A DNA stretch of 61,433 nt, the filler included, from an uncultured bacterium (GTDB taxonomy: Bacteria > Hinthialibacterota > Hinthialibacteria > Hinthialibacterales > Hinthialibacteraceae), in NCBI GenBank assembly GCA_964449065.1. It is 5 parts of 5 records of this genome, joined end to end, with 100 filler letters (N's around TTAATTAATTAA, not from the genome) between each part and the next. Parts side by side here need not be neighbours in the genome. Positions count along the whole stretch, not along the records: positions 37,080 to 49,210 come from CAYVAZ010000150.1; positions 49,311 to 61,433 come from CAYVAZ010000151.1; 3 more parts are not named here. One strand, 5' to 3'. The first letter of the stretch is position 1; every line of letters starts with the position of its first letter. Position numbers and translations under genes: made by a program. This document shows positions 48,163 to 58,973 of this stretch, piece by piece. The notes beneath the pieces were generated by a model. The model worked only from the letters and a program-made list of their open reading frames with translations. It did not search any database and was not told the origin of the DNA.

Positions 48163-48190
48163 TCAAATGAACGGACTGTAAATTGTTCTC

Positions 48191-49084
48191 ATGACAAGCC
48201 CAGCAATCGATCCCCCTTACTCCATTCAATCTGTGTTATTGGTCTATAACACTCAAAAACCCCATACAGATAAGGCGGTAGAAAAAGTGAAGCGTATTTT
48301 ATCCGCCAGAAGAATTTCGATTCATGCTATTAAGAACTGGATACGGGGAGAAGCCAAAGAAGACTTTGAAGAACAAATCCGGTCCGGCATAGAACAGCAT
48401 GACTTGGTGATTGTGTTTGGCGGAGATGGGACAATGCTTGGTGTCGCAAGACTGGCCGCCGGATACGCCACACCCGTATTTGGGATCAACATGGGGAGGT
48501 TCGGATTTCTGACCGCCAGTCAATACCGGACCATGGATAGCGATTTGGAATGCATTTTAAACGGGAACTACCGGCTGATTCATCGCTATCTTCTAGAAGC
48601 GTGGGTCATTCGGAATGGACGGGAAATCTTCCGGTCGCTGGCTTTGAATGAAGCGCTGGTTACTCTTTCAAGGCCCGGACGGCTGATCAATGTACAGATG
48701 TTGGAAGAAAATGTACCGACCCTGGCCTACCGCTGCGACGGCGTTATTGTCTCCACCCCGACGGGATCAAGCGGGCATTCGCTCTCGGCCGGCGGGCCGA
48801 TTTTGGAACCGCATTTGGCCGCGCTGATCATCACGCCGGTTTCGCCCCATTCGCTGTTTAACAGACCGCTGGTCGTCGATGGCCAGCATGAACTGGGGAT
48901 CGAGTTTTCACACGATGATAACGGTAAAGAACTCATCCTAGACGGACAGATTCATTTCACGCTGCAATCCAGCGACCGCGTAAACGTGATTCGCTCTAGT
49001 CAAACGGTACCGACAATCGCCCTGCCGCATCTGAATTTCACCAAAGTCTTGCAGCATAAGTTTAACATCGGCAATGTGCCGTGA
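48191..49084 (+). CDS. nadK: NAD(+) kinase
   Basis: GGDGTML, GRFGFL, ALNE and DGVIVSTPTGSSGHSLSAGGP. Confidence 0.95.
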   Translation: MTSPAIDPPYSIQSVLLVYNTQKPHTDKAVEKVKRILSARRISIHAIKNWIRGEAKEDFEEQIRSGIEQHDLVIVFGGDGTMLGVARLAAGYATPVFGINMGRFGFLTASQYRTMDSDLECILNGNYRLIHRYLLEAWVIRNGREIFRSLALNEALVTLSRPGRLINVQMLEENVPTLAYRCDGVIVSTPTGSSGHSLSAGGPILEPHLAALIITPVSPHSLFNRPLVVDGQHELGIEFSHDDNGKELILDGQIHFTLQSSDRVNVIRSSQTVPTIALPHLNFTKVLQHKFNIGNVP

Positions 49085-49210
49085 ATGGATGATTCTAAAG
49101 ACAGTGATGAAAAGCAGTGACAAGTGACAAGTGACGAACCCTCAAAAAAGGCCTGGAGGGATATAGCGAAGAAGAAACGTAACAGGTCAGCGGTGTGAAG
49201 TAAAAAATCA

Positions 49211-49310
49211 NNNNNNNNNNNNNNNNNNNNNNNNNNNNNNNNNNNNNNNNNNNNTTAATTAATTAANNNNNNNNNNNNNNNNNNNNNNNNNNNNNNNNNN
49301 NNNNNNNNNN
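49211..49310. other. Artificial contig linker
   Basis: Same 100-nt spacer. Confidence 0.99.
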
Positions 49311-49452
49311 TCCTAACTAACACTTTTGTAAATCATGTTATATGAGCAACTTGTACAATCACGTGCAATCAGGTTGGAATCAGCATTACCAGCCTAATCG
49401 TGTTAGCCTTTCGCTATATCCCTCAACGCTTTATCTGAGGGTTCGGTGCTCG
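49311..49452 (+). repeat. Composite of repeats also present at 11733-11787 and 13956-14043
   Basis: Direct sequence comparison. Confidence 0.85.
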
Positions 49453-49638
49453 TCATTTTCACTAATCACTTTTTTTAGGTTTAATCATCATTTATTTGAA
49501 TTCGTATAAGTTACTCTTCGTATACAATCGTGTAACACCGATTTCCAGCCGGTAAATGTATGTGCATTTGGCTTGGCGGTTGTCTCACCCTCCCAAAGCA
49601 AATATACGTTTGGCAACTACTCTAAATTGCGAATGGTA

Positions 49639-51714
49639 CTACGCGGATGAATGTGATTCGGAAGCCGATTCACCTGCTGATGTTTCCGTTTCGACTATTT
49701 CTTCTTCCGGTTTTTGCGCGGGTAGTTTTTCTTCCTCTTCTTCGAAGACCACGTACCCATGCCGGTGCAGGAAATCGTACCAAACCGGGATGCATTCACG
49801 GAATTCGCCCAGTTCCATGCGCACGATCTCTTCAATTTCACTGATGGAGCGTTGGCAATCCATCAACCACCACGAGAGGATGAACGGCGCGTTGCGGCGG
49901 GGCGAATGTTTGACCGGATTTCCCCATTCCGGATGCGGCAGGTTATCAAGCGTGATGGTGCCCAGGGTAATGCCTTCCGGCAATGGAATGCGCGAGTCGC
50001 TGTAGACTTCGCCTTGGATGTTGGAGAGATCAATTTCTAGTCCCAACTGTTCCGCACGGGCTTGAATGCGGCTTTGCAGCATTTCTTTGACCATATCCTG
50101 TAGAGAATTTAAGCGGGTTAACAGCATGTGGGGGATATCCCATTCGTCATGCTCTTTAATGTTGTGCGCGGTTAATTCAAGCGTACTGATGGATTGCTTT
50201 TCAAACTCCAACCGCCGGGAGAGGTTTTTGGTTGTTAGAGTGTAGAGTTCTTTGAGATCGGTTGCTTTATCCAACTGGGCGGTTTGATTGGTAGCTTTTA
50301 CCGCGTCTTGCTGGATGCGGTCGTGTATCAGTTGATAATTCCATTGCGCGTAACTGGGGACATCATTCGCGGTGGTTGATGCCATAGCGTATAGGGAGCA
50401 AGCAACCGCGGCGGTTAAGTCTACCAAGGAGCGTTTATCGATCGTATCCGGCGTGTCTAAGTTAGTGTGTTTGCATTCGATGGAAGTGCCTCCGGTCAAC
50501 CAATGGGTAGAGACATTCAATGCGGGATCGTTAAACCATACATCAGCGCCAAGGGAAAAATCACGTTGTTCGATAAAGCGCTGCGGGCGTACTGTATCCA
50601 AATAATCTTTGCACAATTGCCAAACTACACCATCGGCAAAATGGCGTTTGTGGATGGGGCTGAGTTGCAATCCCCACCGCGACCATGCCAAATCGGGATT
50701 GCCCGCGCCGGCATCGAGGCATAAGGCGTAGATGGTGCGGTCCAACATAGCTTTGCGTTCATGCGCAAAAACAATGGGACCGTAGATTTTTGGCGACCAT
50801 AAAAAGCGGATACCGCGCATGGGACGCTCCAGCGTGTTCTCATCAATTAACGTTTGCAGCACGCGGGCGGCTTCCATCAGCACGGCGGAACTGACTGCGT
50901 GATCGTTTGCGCCTTGCCCATAGAGTGGCGCGAAAGCTAGAACCTCAATATTGTCTTCGGTTTCTGGAATAATATGCGTTCCTTTTATTTTGGTATGTAG
51001 CAGGGGCAACGTGCTTTCGTAGAGTTCAGAATGGATGGTGACGCGAATCCGGACGGGCTGTTCGCGTACGGCTTGTGCCAGTTCTTCTCCTGTATTGGGA
51101 GAGAGTGCGAGCAAGATTAACGGTTCTTCATTTTTTTTGGTGCCCCAACCGCCGGGAGTGTTGGTGTTGGATGATATCCATTGGGTAGCGTCTTTGGCGT
51201 TGGGGTAAGGTACCCAATAGCTGATTATACCGAGTGCGTTGCGTTTGGCGGCTTCTTCGCGAATGGCGTTGGGGCGTACATTGGTGAGGATGAATTTGCT
51301 GTCGACATCTTGGGTATCAAGTGATTGATTATCCGCATCGGGAATCCAAACCACATCGCCTTCAAGGCCTTCATCGGGCGTGGGGGGAGACCACATGCCG
51401 ACCATGTTGGGGGTATCGCTGTAGCGGCCGAGGATTTTAACTTCCGGTTCGGTCATTTCGAGTGTGGCATCATCGCACTTCCATGCCATCGGCATGACCG
51501 CGTCACCGAAGTTGGTTTCGCCATCCATTGGGAGTTCGAGACGGTCCGCTTCCAAACCGTAGCCGTGGAGGTATTCGGCAATTTGATCGGCGGTGGTGGT
51601 GTATTTACGGAAATCCGACCATTTGTTGTTGTTATAAATGGTTTCGACATTCTGCCAGAGCATGTCGGCGGAGATAGGGTCTAGTATGGTTTGGATCAAA
51701 TTCGGTTTGGTCAC
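49639..51714 (-). CDS. M28/DUF4910-like aminopeptidase-fold protein with PA-like domain, probably degenerate
   Basis: GANDHAVS, IRFLWSP, LCLDAG, GADVWFNDP and KHTNLDTPD echo M28 motifs. Confidence 0.6.
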   Translation of the reverse strand: MTKPNLIQTILDPISADMLWQNVETIYNNNKWSDFRKYTTTADQIAEYLHGYGLEADRLELPMDGETNFGDAVMPMAWKCDDATLEMTEPEVKILGRYSDTPNMVGMWSPPTPDEGLEGDVVWIPDADNQSLDTQDVDSKFILTNVRPNAIREEAAKRNALGIISYWVPYPNAKDATQWISSNTNTPGGWGTKKNEEPLILLALSPNTGEELAQAVREQPVRIRVTIHSELYESTLPLLHTKIKGTHIIPETEDNIEVLAFAPLYGQGANDHAVSSAVLMEAARVLQTLIDENTLERPMRGIRFLWSPKIYGPIVFAHERKAMLDRTIYALCLDAGAGNPDLAWSRWGLQLSPIHKRHFADGVVWQLCKDYLDTVRPQRFIEQRDFSLGADVWFNDPALNVSTHWLTGGTSIECKHTNLDTPDTIDKRSLVDLTAAVACSLYAMASTTANDVPSYAQWNYQLIHDRIQQDAVKATNQTAQLDKATDLKELYTLTTKNLSRRLEFEKQSISTLELTAHNIKEHDEWDIPHMLLTRLNSLQDMVKEMLQSRIQARAEQLGLEIDLSNIQGEVYSDSRIPLPEGITLGTITLDNLPHPEWGNPVKHSPRRNAPFILSWWLMDCQRSISEIEEIVRMELGEFRECIPVWYDFLHRHGYVVFEEEEEKLPAQKPEEEIVETETSAGESASESHSSA

Positions 51715-51717
51715 GGG

Positions 51718-53532
51718 TTATTCCTTTTGTCCAAGAAGTTGTTGATCGGCGGCTTTGAGATACGAGCGGAAATCACTTGTGCCCGATTGCACCAATTCTT
51801 GATATTTTCTTTGTTGAATTTCTTGTTGTAAACCGTTGATAACGGCGGTTTTCATTTTTCGCAAGTCATCCACCGTGTTGGGGATGGTGGTGGTTTCGGT
51901 AATATGAATGAAAGCGTTAAATTCCGTTTGGCTGGTGAGCCAATCCGATATGAACGACGCCATGTTTTCGATTTTTTCTTCTTTGAGTTGAAGAGTTTTT
52001 TCCAGCAGATGATCTTCGATGGAAGAATCGCGCAGAGTGTTTAGAATTTCCGGAATTTGTGAAGTACGTTCTTCGTTTGAGAAGATGCCGACACGGTCGC
52101 TGGGTTTCATCCCCTCCGGGGTTAGCAGTGTGTGATGATAGGCTAAGAGGCATAGCAGTTCGCGTTTTAAATTTCCAATCGTGCCGGATAGCGGTTGAAA
52201 AGAATTTTCCGGCTGCGCTTCCGATTGCGGGTCCGGCTGCGGTTGATAGGTTTTGTGTTTTTGCAGGCCGCGTTTGATGGAGTCTTTCATACCGGAAAGA
52301 TCCCCGCCGATCATTTTCGCCATAATTTCGGTGTAATCATGAAACAAGAGGCCGGTTTGGATGCGGGCGAACAACGGCAGCATTTCTTGGATGATCGCGG
52401 TTTTGCCTTCGGGTGTGTTGGTGTTGTATCCCGCGCGTTTTTGGTTCAGGTAAAATGCGAATCCATCCGGCGCTTGATCGATGAGTTGCTGCATTTTGCC
52501 GGGGCCGTGCTTTTGCAGGTATTCATCCGGGTCTTTTTCGTCTTGAATTTGCAGTACGCGTACGGGCAGTTCCATCTCGAAGAAGCTTTCTACCCCGCGC
52601 ATGGCCGCGTTGATGCCGGCCTGGTCACTGTCGTATAAAAGAGTGAATTGGTTGGTATAGCGCTTGAGAATGTTGATGTGTTCTTTGGTCAACGCTGTGC
52701 CCAATGAGGCAACGGTGTTTTCAAAGCCGTGGATGTGGAGCGCGATGGCATCCATATAGCCTTCGACGATAATGGCTCCGTTTTCTTTCATGTGGTTCTT
52801 GGCGGTATCCAACAGATAGAGCACACGCGATTTGTTGAAGATAGGGGTATCGTTGCTGTTAAGATATTTGGCCGGATCATCTTTGCTCATCGCGCGGCCG
52901 CCGAACGCGATGACGCGCCCCAACAGATTGCGAATGGGAAACATCACGCGGTTGCGAAAGCGGTCGTAGCAGCCGGAACTGCTTTCACGCCGGATGACGA
53001 GCCCCAATTCGATCTGCACTTTTTCGGGGATGTTGAGTTCGTTTAAGGCGTAAGTAAGAGAATCCCATTGGTCGGGGGCAAAGCCGATGCCGAAGTGATC
53101 GAGTTGCTGTTGATTGAGCCCGCGTGATTTCATGTATTCCAGCGCATGGTCATTGTGTTTGAGCCAGTTGCGGAAGAGGTTGGCGGCGGAATCCATCACT
53201 TGGAAGCGGTCGATTTCTTGGTGATCTCTATGCCGGTTTTGTTTCGGCATCGTGATGCCGAGTTTGTTGGCCAGGAACTGTTTGGCCTCAAAAAAGGTGA
53301 GGTTTTCCATTTCTATGATAAAGTCGATAACGTTGCCGCCTTTGCCGCTGGAAAAGCATTTGTAGAACTGGCGGTCTGTGCTGACTGTAAAGGAGGGGGT
53401 CTTTTCTTTATTGAACGGTGACAATCCCCACAAGCGCCCGCCTTTTTGTTCAAGATAAACATACTGCGAGACGATATCGGCGATATCGGCCTGATTGAGG
53501 ATTTGTTCTTTAACCGGATCGGGCTTTGACAT
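51718..53532 (-). CDS. dnaG: DNA primase
   Basis: EKTPSF, DRFRNRVMFPI, FGGR, KYLNS, VEGYMD, ASLGTA, YDSDQAG and KDPDE. Confidence 0.97.
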   Translation of the reverse strand: MSKPDPVKEQILNQADIADIVSQYVYLEQKGGRLWGLSPFNKEKTPSFTVSTDRQFYKCFSSGKGGNVIDFIIEMENLTFFEAKQFLANKLGITMPKQNRHRDHQEIDRFQVMDSAANLFRNWLKHNDHALEYMKSRGLNQQQLDHFGIGFAPDQWDSLTYALNELNIPEKVQIELGLVIRRESSSGCYDRFRNRVMFPIRNLLGRVIAFGGRAMSKDDPAKYLNSNDTPIFNKSRVLYLLDTAKNHMKENGAIIVEGYMDAIALHIHGFENTVASLGTALTKEHINILKRYTNQFTLLYDSDQAGINAAMRGVESFFEMELPVRVLQIQDEKDPDEYLQKHGPGKMQQLIDQAPDGFAFYLNQKRAGYNTNTPEGKTAIIQEMLPLFARIQTGLLFHDYTEIMAKMIGGDLSGMKDSIKRGLQKHKTYQPQPDPQSEAQPENSFQPLSGTIGNLKRELLCLLAYHHTLLTPEGMKPSDRVGIFSNEERTSQIPEILNTLRDSSIEDHLLEKTLQLKEEKIENMASFISDWLTSQTEFNAFIHITETTTIPNTVDDLRKMKTAVINGLQQEIQQRKYQELVQSGTSDFRSYLKAADQQLLGQKE

Positions 53533-53668
53533 GACTCAACCTAAACAAGATCACAATAGAATGGTTATATGATAAATGAAAGCGAAGGGAATACCAAGGA
53601 TGGATTGAACCTTTGAGCATGGCAACGGATATTTGCCTGTGCGCTTCTGAGCCTATTGCTACGAAGAC

Positions 53669-53922
53669 TATCTCTTCTTGCGGATTCAAAAATTCGAACC
53701 TTCATCCGTCGTTTTCCTTATAGAGCATTGCTTTCGCTTTTTCCCAGTCTAAGATTTCTTCTTTATCTTCTTCTACTCTTTTTTGCGTTCTCATAAAATT
53801 TCACCATGCCAATCCGGCGAATCAATCTCTTAAGACTGTTGCCGGATATTTTCCCAAACAGCATCCATGATTTCCAATTTTTCTGCAAGACTTAATTCGG
53901 CGAGTTTTAAATCAACTTTCAT
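53669..53922 (-). pseudogene. Decayed addiction-module antitoxin plus RelE/ParE toxin stump
   Basis: MKVDLKLAELSLAEKLEIMDAVWENI...SPDWHGEIL...DWEKAK with two in-frame stops and a frameshift, then ATGA overlap into MKVRIFESARRD. Confidence 0.75.
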
Positions 53923-53938
53923 TTTATACGATTTTCAA

Positions 53939-54015
53939 TTAGGATTGTTAATTTTTCGTGGCGATAAACCTAAATAATAGAAAGACTTAGAACCTTTCTT
54001 ATCTGACAATCCTAA
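53939..54015. mobile_element. 77-bp MITE-like core, copy 3
   Basis: TTAGGATTGT...ACAATCCTAA; imperfect inverted repeats extend to 53924/54030. Confidence 0.7.
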
Positions 54016-54175
54016 ATAACATCGGTATTATACCCTTTGTCATGTATGGAAACTGTATTATCTCTCTATAAACAATTCGATTCAATTATGAAAATTTTGA
54101 ATGGAATAATGAATAAGGCGGTAAATGAGAGATGATTCTGATGAATTTCGCAAGCAGTCTCAACCCGTCCTACAC

Positions 54176-54925
54176 TTACACCTTCGCGGTGAACAACGCC
54201 TTGGCATAATCGCGGTTGAGGCGGGAGATGGTTTCGAGTTTGATTTCTTTGGGGCAGACGGCTTCGCAGGAACCGGTGACGGTGCAATTGCCGAATCCTT
54301 CTTCGTCCATCTTTTCAACGAGCTTGATAACCCGTTCGTTCTTTTCTGGCGATCCTTGCGGTAGGATGTTCAGGTGGGTCGCTTTCGCGGCAACAAACAG
54401 CATAGCGGAAGCGTTTTTACACGCCGCGACACAAGCGCCGCAGCCGATGCATTGGGCAGCATCCATCGCTTCATCCGCAATGGTTTTGGGTACGGGGATC
54501 ATGTTGGCGTCCGGCGCGCCGCCGGTGCTGACGGAAATATACCCGGCGGTTTGAACGATGCGGTCAAACGCAGAGCGGTCAACCACCAAATCTTTGACGA
54601 CCGGGAAGGATTTGGCTCGCCATGGTTCAATCGTAATGGTTTCACCGTCATGAAAGTGGCGCATGTGCAGCTGGCAGGCAGTGGTGCCTTTGTGGCCGCC
54701 GTGCGGAATGCCATTAATGACACAAGAGCAGGTGCCGCAGATGCCTTCCCGGCAATCCGAGTCAAACGCAATCGGTTCTTGTTCGTCTTCGATCAGCCGC
54801 TCATTCACGACATCAAGCATTTCGAGGAACGACATATCCGGGTTGATATCCTGGGCTTCGTATGTTTTAAAGCGTCCGGAATCTTGTGCGGTTTTTTGGC
54901 GCCATACTTTTAACGTGAGATCCAT
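54176..54925 (-). CDS. sdhB: Succinate dehydrogenase/fumarate reductase Fe-S subunit
   Basis: [16 protein letters not shown] and [12 protein letters not shown]; start [10 protein letters not shown]. Confidence 0.96.
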   Translation of the reverse strand: MDLTLKVWRQKTAQDSGRFKTYEAQDINPDMSFLEMLDVVNERLIEDEQEPIAFDSDCREGICGTCSCVINGIPHGGHKGTTACQLHMRHFHDGETITIEPWRAKSFPVVKDLVVDRSAFDRIVQTAGYISVSTGGAPDANMIPVPKTIADEAMDAAQCIGCGACVAACKNASAMLFVAAKATHLNILPQGSPEKNERVIKLVEKMDEEGFGNCTVTGSCEAVCPKEIKLETISRLNRDYAKALFTAKV

Positions 54926-55000
54926 CTTGAATCGACCTTGTATCTTCTGATCCGGTGGGCTGCTTCGAGTGCCCACCCTATCCCGTTTAAATTAAACGGG

Positions 55001-56914
55001 TTATTTGTAACTTCGCGTCGCGAAGTGTACTTCTTCGTATTCTAAATTTTCTTTGTGCAGTTCCGGGACCGCGCTCTCACCTTTGTATTCCCAAGCAGCT
55101 ACGTAGGCGTATTCATCATCATTGCGCAGTGCTTCACCTTCTACGGTTTGGTACTCTTCCCGAAAGTGGCCGCCGCAGGATTCTTCGCGGTCGAGTGCGT
55201 CACGGCACATCAGTTCGCCAAATTCCATAAAGTCGGCCACACGTCCGGCATGTTCGAGGTTCTGGTTAAATTCTTCGTTCGAACCGGCCACTTTCACGTT
55301 CTCCCAAAACTCTTGCCGCAATTCGGGAATCTTCTTTAATGCGTCTTCCAGACCTTTTTTATTACGCGACATGCCGCATTTATCCCAAATCAATCGCCCC
55401 AATTCACGGTGGAACGAGCGGACAGTACGTTTGCCGTTAACCGAAAGCAGTTTGTTGACTTTTTCTTTCACTTGCTGTTCGGCATCTCTAAATTCTTGGC
55501 TGTCTGGTGACGGCTTTGATTTCGGCGATGATGCAAAATAGTTACCAATAGTGTAAGGAATCACAAAATAGCCGTCGGCTAGACCCTGCATCAAGGCACT
55601 TGCTCCCAAGCGGTTGGCACCGTGGTCGGAGAAATTGGCTTCTCCAATAGCGAACAAACCGGGGATGGTGGTTTCGAGACCGTAATCGACCCACAAGCCG
55701 CCCATGGTATAGTGCGGCGCGGGAAAGATGCGCATTGGGGTTTTGTAGGCATCTTCACCGGTGATGCGTTCGTAGATTTCAAACAGGTTGCCGTAACGGT
55801 CTTGAATGGTTTGGTGCCCGAAGTGATTGATTGCGTCTTTAAAATCAAGATAGACCCCTAAACCGCCGGGGCCGACTCCACGGCCTTCGTCGCACACTTC
55901 TTTTGCGGAACGGGACGCAATGTCGCGCGGGGCAAGGTTGCCGAAACTGGGATATTTGCGTTCTAGGTAATAATCGCGGTCGCTTTCAGGAATATCCTGC
56001 GGGGCGCGTTTGTCGTCTTTGCTTTTGGGAACCCATACACGGCCATCGTTACGGAGTGATTCGGACATGAGTGTGAGTTTGGATTGATGGTCTCCGCTGA
56101 CCGGAATGCATGTCGGGTGAATTTGGGTATAGCATGGGTTAGAAAAGGCCGCACCGCGTTTGTAAGCACGCCAGGTTGCAGTTACGTTGCAGCCGACTGC
56201 GTTGGTGGAAAGATAAAAGGCGTTGCTGTATCCGCCGGTCGCCAAAACCACTGCATCAGCTGAATGCGATGATATTTCGCCTGTGTTTAGGTCGCGGACA
56301 ACGATACCTTTGGCGTACCCGTCTACAATTACGACATCAAGCATCTCGGTACGGGGGAACATTTTTACATTGCCCATGCCGACTTGGCGGCTGAGTGCTT
56401 GGTAGGCTCCAAGAAGGAGTTGTTGGCCGGTTTGACCGCGCGCGTAGAAGGTTCTGGATACTTGCGCCCCCCCAAAAGAGCGGTTGGTAAGCAGGCCGCC
56501 GTATTCCCGCGCAAAGGGGACACCCTGCGCGACACATTGATCAATGATATTGACGCTGACTTGCGCCAAGCGGTAAACATTTGCTTCACGGGAACGGAAG
56601 TCGCCGCCTTTGACGGTATCATAGAATAAGCGGTAGATGCTGTCACCATCGTTTTGGTAGTTTTTGGCCGCGTTGATTCCGCCCTGCGCTGCGATGCTGT
56701 GGGCGCGGCGGGCGCTATCTTGATAACAGAAGCACTTTACGGAATAGCCCAATTCCGCCAATGTTGCACTGGCGGATGCGCCTGCCAAACCGGAACCGAC
56801 CACAATCACTTCGAACTTGCGTTTGTTGGCCGGGTTGACCAGTTTCATGTCAATGCGGTATTTGTCCCATTTTTCAGAGACGTGACCGGACGGAATTTTT
56901 GCGTCTAACTTCAT
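55001..56914 (-). CDS. sdhA: Succinate dehydrogenase/fumarate reductase flavoprotein
   Basis: [33 protein letters not shown] and ESCGGHFR. Confidence 0.97.
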   Translation of the reverse strand: MKLDAKIPSGHVSEKWDKYRIDMKLVNPANKRKFEVIVVGSGLAGASASATLAELGYSVKCFCYQDSARRAHSIAAQGGINAAKNYQNDGDSIYRLFYDTVKGGDFRSREANVYRLAQVSVNIIDQCVAQGVPFAREYGGLLTNRSFGGAQVSRTFYARGQTGQQLLLGAYQALSRQVGMGNVKMFPRTEMLDVVIVDGYAKGIVVRDLNTGEISSHSADAVVLATGGYSNAFYLSTNAVGCNVTATWRAYKRGAAFSNPCYTQIHPTCIPVSGDHQSKLTLMSESLRNDGRVWVPKSKDDKRAPQDIPESDRDYYLERKYPSFGNLAPRDIASRSAKEVCDEGRGVGPGGLGVYLDFKDAINHFGHQTIQDRYGNLFEIYERITGEDAYKTPMRIFPAPHYTMGGLWVDYGLETTIPGLFAIGEANFSDHGANRLGASALMQGLADGYFVIPYTIGNYFASSPKSKPSPDSQEFRDAEQQVKEKVNKLLSVNGKRTVRSFHRELGRLIWDKCGMSRNKKGLEDALKKIPELRQEFWENVKVAGSNEEFNQNLEHAGRVADFMEFGELMCRDALDREESCGGHFREEYQTVEGEALRNDDEYAYVAAWEYKGESAVPELHKENLEYEEVHFATRSYK

Positions 56915-56923
56915 GATTCATTC

Positions 56924-57634
56924 CTAATGGCTGTCGTAACTCGGTTCAATTAGACCCAGCAAAATGGTGAAAGGTATTGACGAAAATCCAACAAAGAAAA
57001 AAACAGCCAGTCCTACGGAAATCTTATAAAAGAGCGGTTCGTTCACAGTCGATCGAATGCCGATGCTTTGAAAAACAGCCGTGGCGGCATGGCTGATGTG
57101 AATGGAAACCAGAGCCATTGCCAAGACGTAAAATCCGGCAACGATGGGCTGAGAAAATCCCATAAATACCATTTTATAAACGTCATGACGTCCTTGGGTA
57201 TCGTGTAAAGAGCCGAAATTATTTCCGGTTAAATTTATAGGTTCCAAGAGAAACGTGTAATGCAGTAAGTGATAAATGACAAACACCAAAATGGTGATAC
57301 CTGAAAATAACATATAGCGTGATGCTAGACTGGCTTGGTAAGGGGTTGCGTTCGAATAGGAGACCGGACGAGCCGCTTTGTTTTCGGCGCTGAGTTTTAT
57401 TGCAGTGTATATATGGAGAGCAAACACAACAATCAAACCGATACGCGCCCCCCACAGCAACTCAATGTTTGATTTCAGAAAGTGGGCGTAGGCATTCGTG
57501 TGGTCCTGTCCTAAATAAATTAAAAGGTTGCCGGACAAATGTCCAATCAAAAATCCGATTAAGGCCAATCCGGTAAGCCCGACAATCCATTTTTTGCCTA
57601 CAGAAGAAGTGAATATGCGTGCAGCGAATTTCAT
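56924..57634 (-). CDS. sdhC: Succinate dehydrogenase cytochrome b subunit
   Basis: SSVGKK, five TMs with His ligands; first gene of the operon. Confidence 0.92.
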   Translation of the reverse strand: MKFAARIFTSSVGKKWIVGLTGLALIGFLIGHLSGNLLIYLGQDHTNAYAHFLKSNIELLWGARIGLIVVFALHIYTAIKLSAENKAARPVSYSNATPYQASLASRYMLFSGITILVFVIYHLLHYTFLLEPINLTGNNFGSLHDTQGRHDVYKMVFMGFSQPIVAGFYVLAMALVSIHISHAATAVFQSIGIRSTVNEPLFYKISVGLAVFFFVGFSSIPFTILLGLIEPSYDSH

Positions 57635-57728
57635 CGATACGTATTGCTTTCTTTCATACCGAAAATATGCTTATTGTTATATCGTGATCCGATAAAAATT
57701 CTACCCTTCGTTTGAATTCTTTTCCGAT

Positions 57729-58091
57729 TTAATCAATCTGCTTTAATGTCCGCTCAAACTCATCGAGGGATTCGACCTGCAAGGCTTGTTTTCGTAGGGT
57801 ACGCAGAAGTTCAATATCTTCTATGGCTTCGATGGTTTCAATCAAGTTGGAAGGGATAGAACGAAATTTCAAGGTGAGGATATCCAGCAACGAAGTTTTT
57901 GCTTCTTTTAAACTGCCTAATATTTCACCTTGTTTCATCCCTTGTTTCATCCCTTGTTTCATCCCTTGTTTCATCCCTTTCTCCATCCCTTGTTTCATCC
58001 CTTTCTCCATCCCTTTCTCCATCCCTTTCTCCATCCCTTTCTCCATCCCTCTTTCCATAGCAATTTCTTCGAACGGTGCAATGAATGGCAT
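57729..58091 (-). CDS. Putative nested in-frame small protein (RpnS-like, 120 aa)
   Basis: AGGAGG (58100-58105) 8 nt before the internal ATG of MPFIAPFEE. Confidence 0.6.
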   Translation of the reverse strand: MPFIAPFEEIAMERGMEKGMEKGMEKGMEKGMKQGMEKGMKQGMKQGMKQGMKQGEILGSLKEAKTSLLDILTLKFRSIPSNLIETIEAIEDIELLRTLRKQALQVESLDEFERTLKQID

Positions 58092-58829
58092 TTTCTTTTC
58101 CTCCTGATAAATATATATTCGGTTCAAAAATTCCTGTTCCAATTCGCGGGGAAGACGCATCATCCCATCGATACATTTGAATAAAGATTGGACCATTTCC
58201 CCGCTTAATCCATGATCCATCATCTCTTTTGTGAGCGTTTCTTTGTATTCTAACCGTTTTTGCAGGTCTTGTTTTGCCTCTAACGTTTTTAGATGAGCAA
58301 TAACAAAATATGCGAACGGATTCCCGCTTGCTAGCAACTCTTCTTCACGGCCTTTAAATTCCAATAATTTGACCGTTGGATATTGTAAACGTACTTTACT
58401 TTCCCATAAAGTATATTCAAAACAATCCGGCCGCCAAATGGGATTATCATCTCCAAAAATAACCAAGCTCATTACGGGTTTATCATAACGCAAAAAGATA
58501 AGGCTATTGTAAATATACACCCTCTTTGGCAACTGGTTGTCCATTTGAGATTGCACTTCGATATGGACGTAAACCCATGCTTCTTCACCGCTTTTACGGT
58601 ATACTTTCATGAGTTTATCAACATATTTTTTCTTGGTTTCCGCTTGATGAGTGATTTGCTGCAGTTCTTGTTCCAGAGGTTCATATCCCTTTTCCCAATC
58701 GATGTCTTCGTACATGGCAGGGAAAAACAAATGGATGAAATGCGGAAAAAGTTGATCCAGTACTTCTTTCCACATACTATCGAAATCTGCTGAGAACGGG
58801 TGTGATTCTTTCATCTGTTTATGCGCCAT
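57729..58829 (-). CDS. Rpn/YhgA-like PD-(D/E)xK nuclease
   Basis: FDSMWKE, YVDKLMKV, HIEVQ and NPFA, with a C-terminal GMEK/GMKQ repeat and helical tail. Confidence 0.88.
   Translation of the reverse strand: MAHKQMKESHPFSADFDSMWKEVLDQLFPHFIHLFFPAMYEDIDWEKGYEPLEQELQQITHQAETKKKYVDKLMKVYRKSGEEAWVYVHIEVQSQMDNQLPKRVYIYNSLIFLRYDKPVMSLVIFGDDNPIWRPDCFEYTLWESKVRLQYPTVKLLEFKGREEELLASGNPFAYFVIAHLKTLEAKQDLQKRLEYKETLTKEMMDHGLSGEMVQSLFKCIDGMMRLPRELEQEFLNRIYIYQEEKKMPFIAPFEEIAMERGMEKGMEKGMEKGMEKGMKQGMEKGMKQGMKQGMKQGMKQGEILGSLKEAKTSLLDILTLKFRSIPSNLIETIEAIEDIELLRTLRKQALQVESLDEFERTLKQID
57930..58049 (-). repeat. Ten 12-bp coding tandem repeats
   Basis: Five TTGTTTCATCCC and five TTTCTCCATCCC units. Confidence 0.95.
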
Positions 58830-58973
58830 ACCTTTCAGGTATGTTTACGTATTGCGCTTTGTATCCTATCATTTTTTTTGTCGTAACTACATTGCTGCTG
58901 AATCAAACCGGTATATCATTTGGTTTGCCTCAGATAGATTTTGGAAATACTCAACTGAAAAGATACTTATACG

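Noticed and set aside
57930..58049. CRISPR array
   Set aside because: These are contiguous 12-bp in-frame coding repeats with no spacers and no cas genes.
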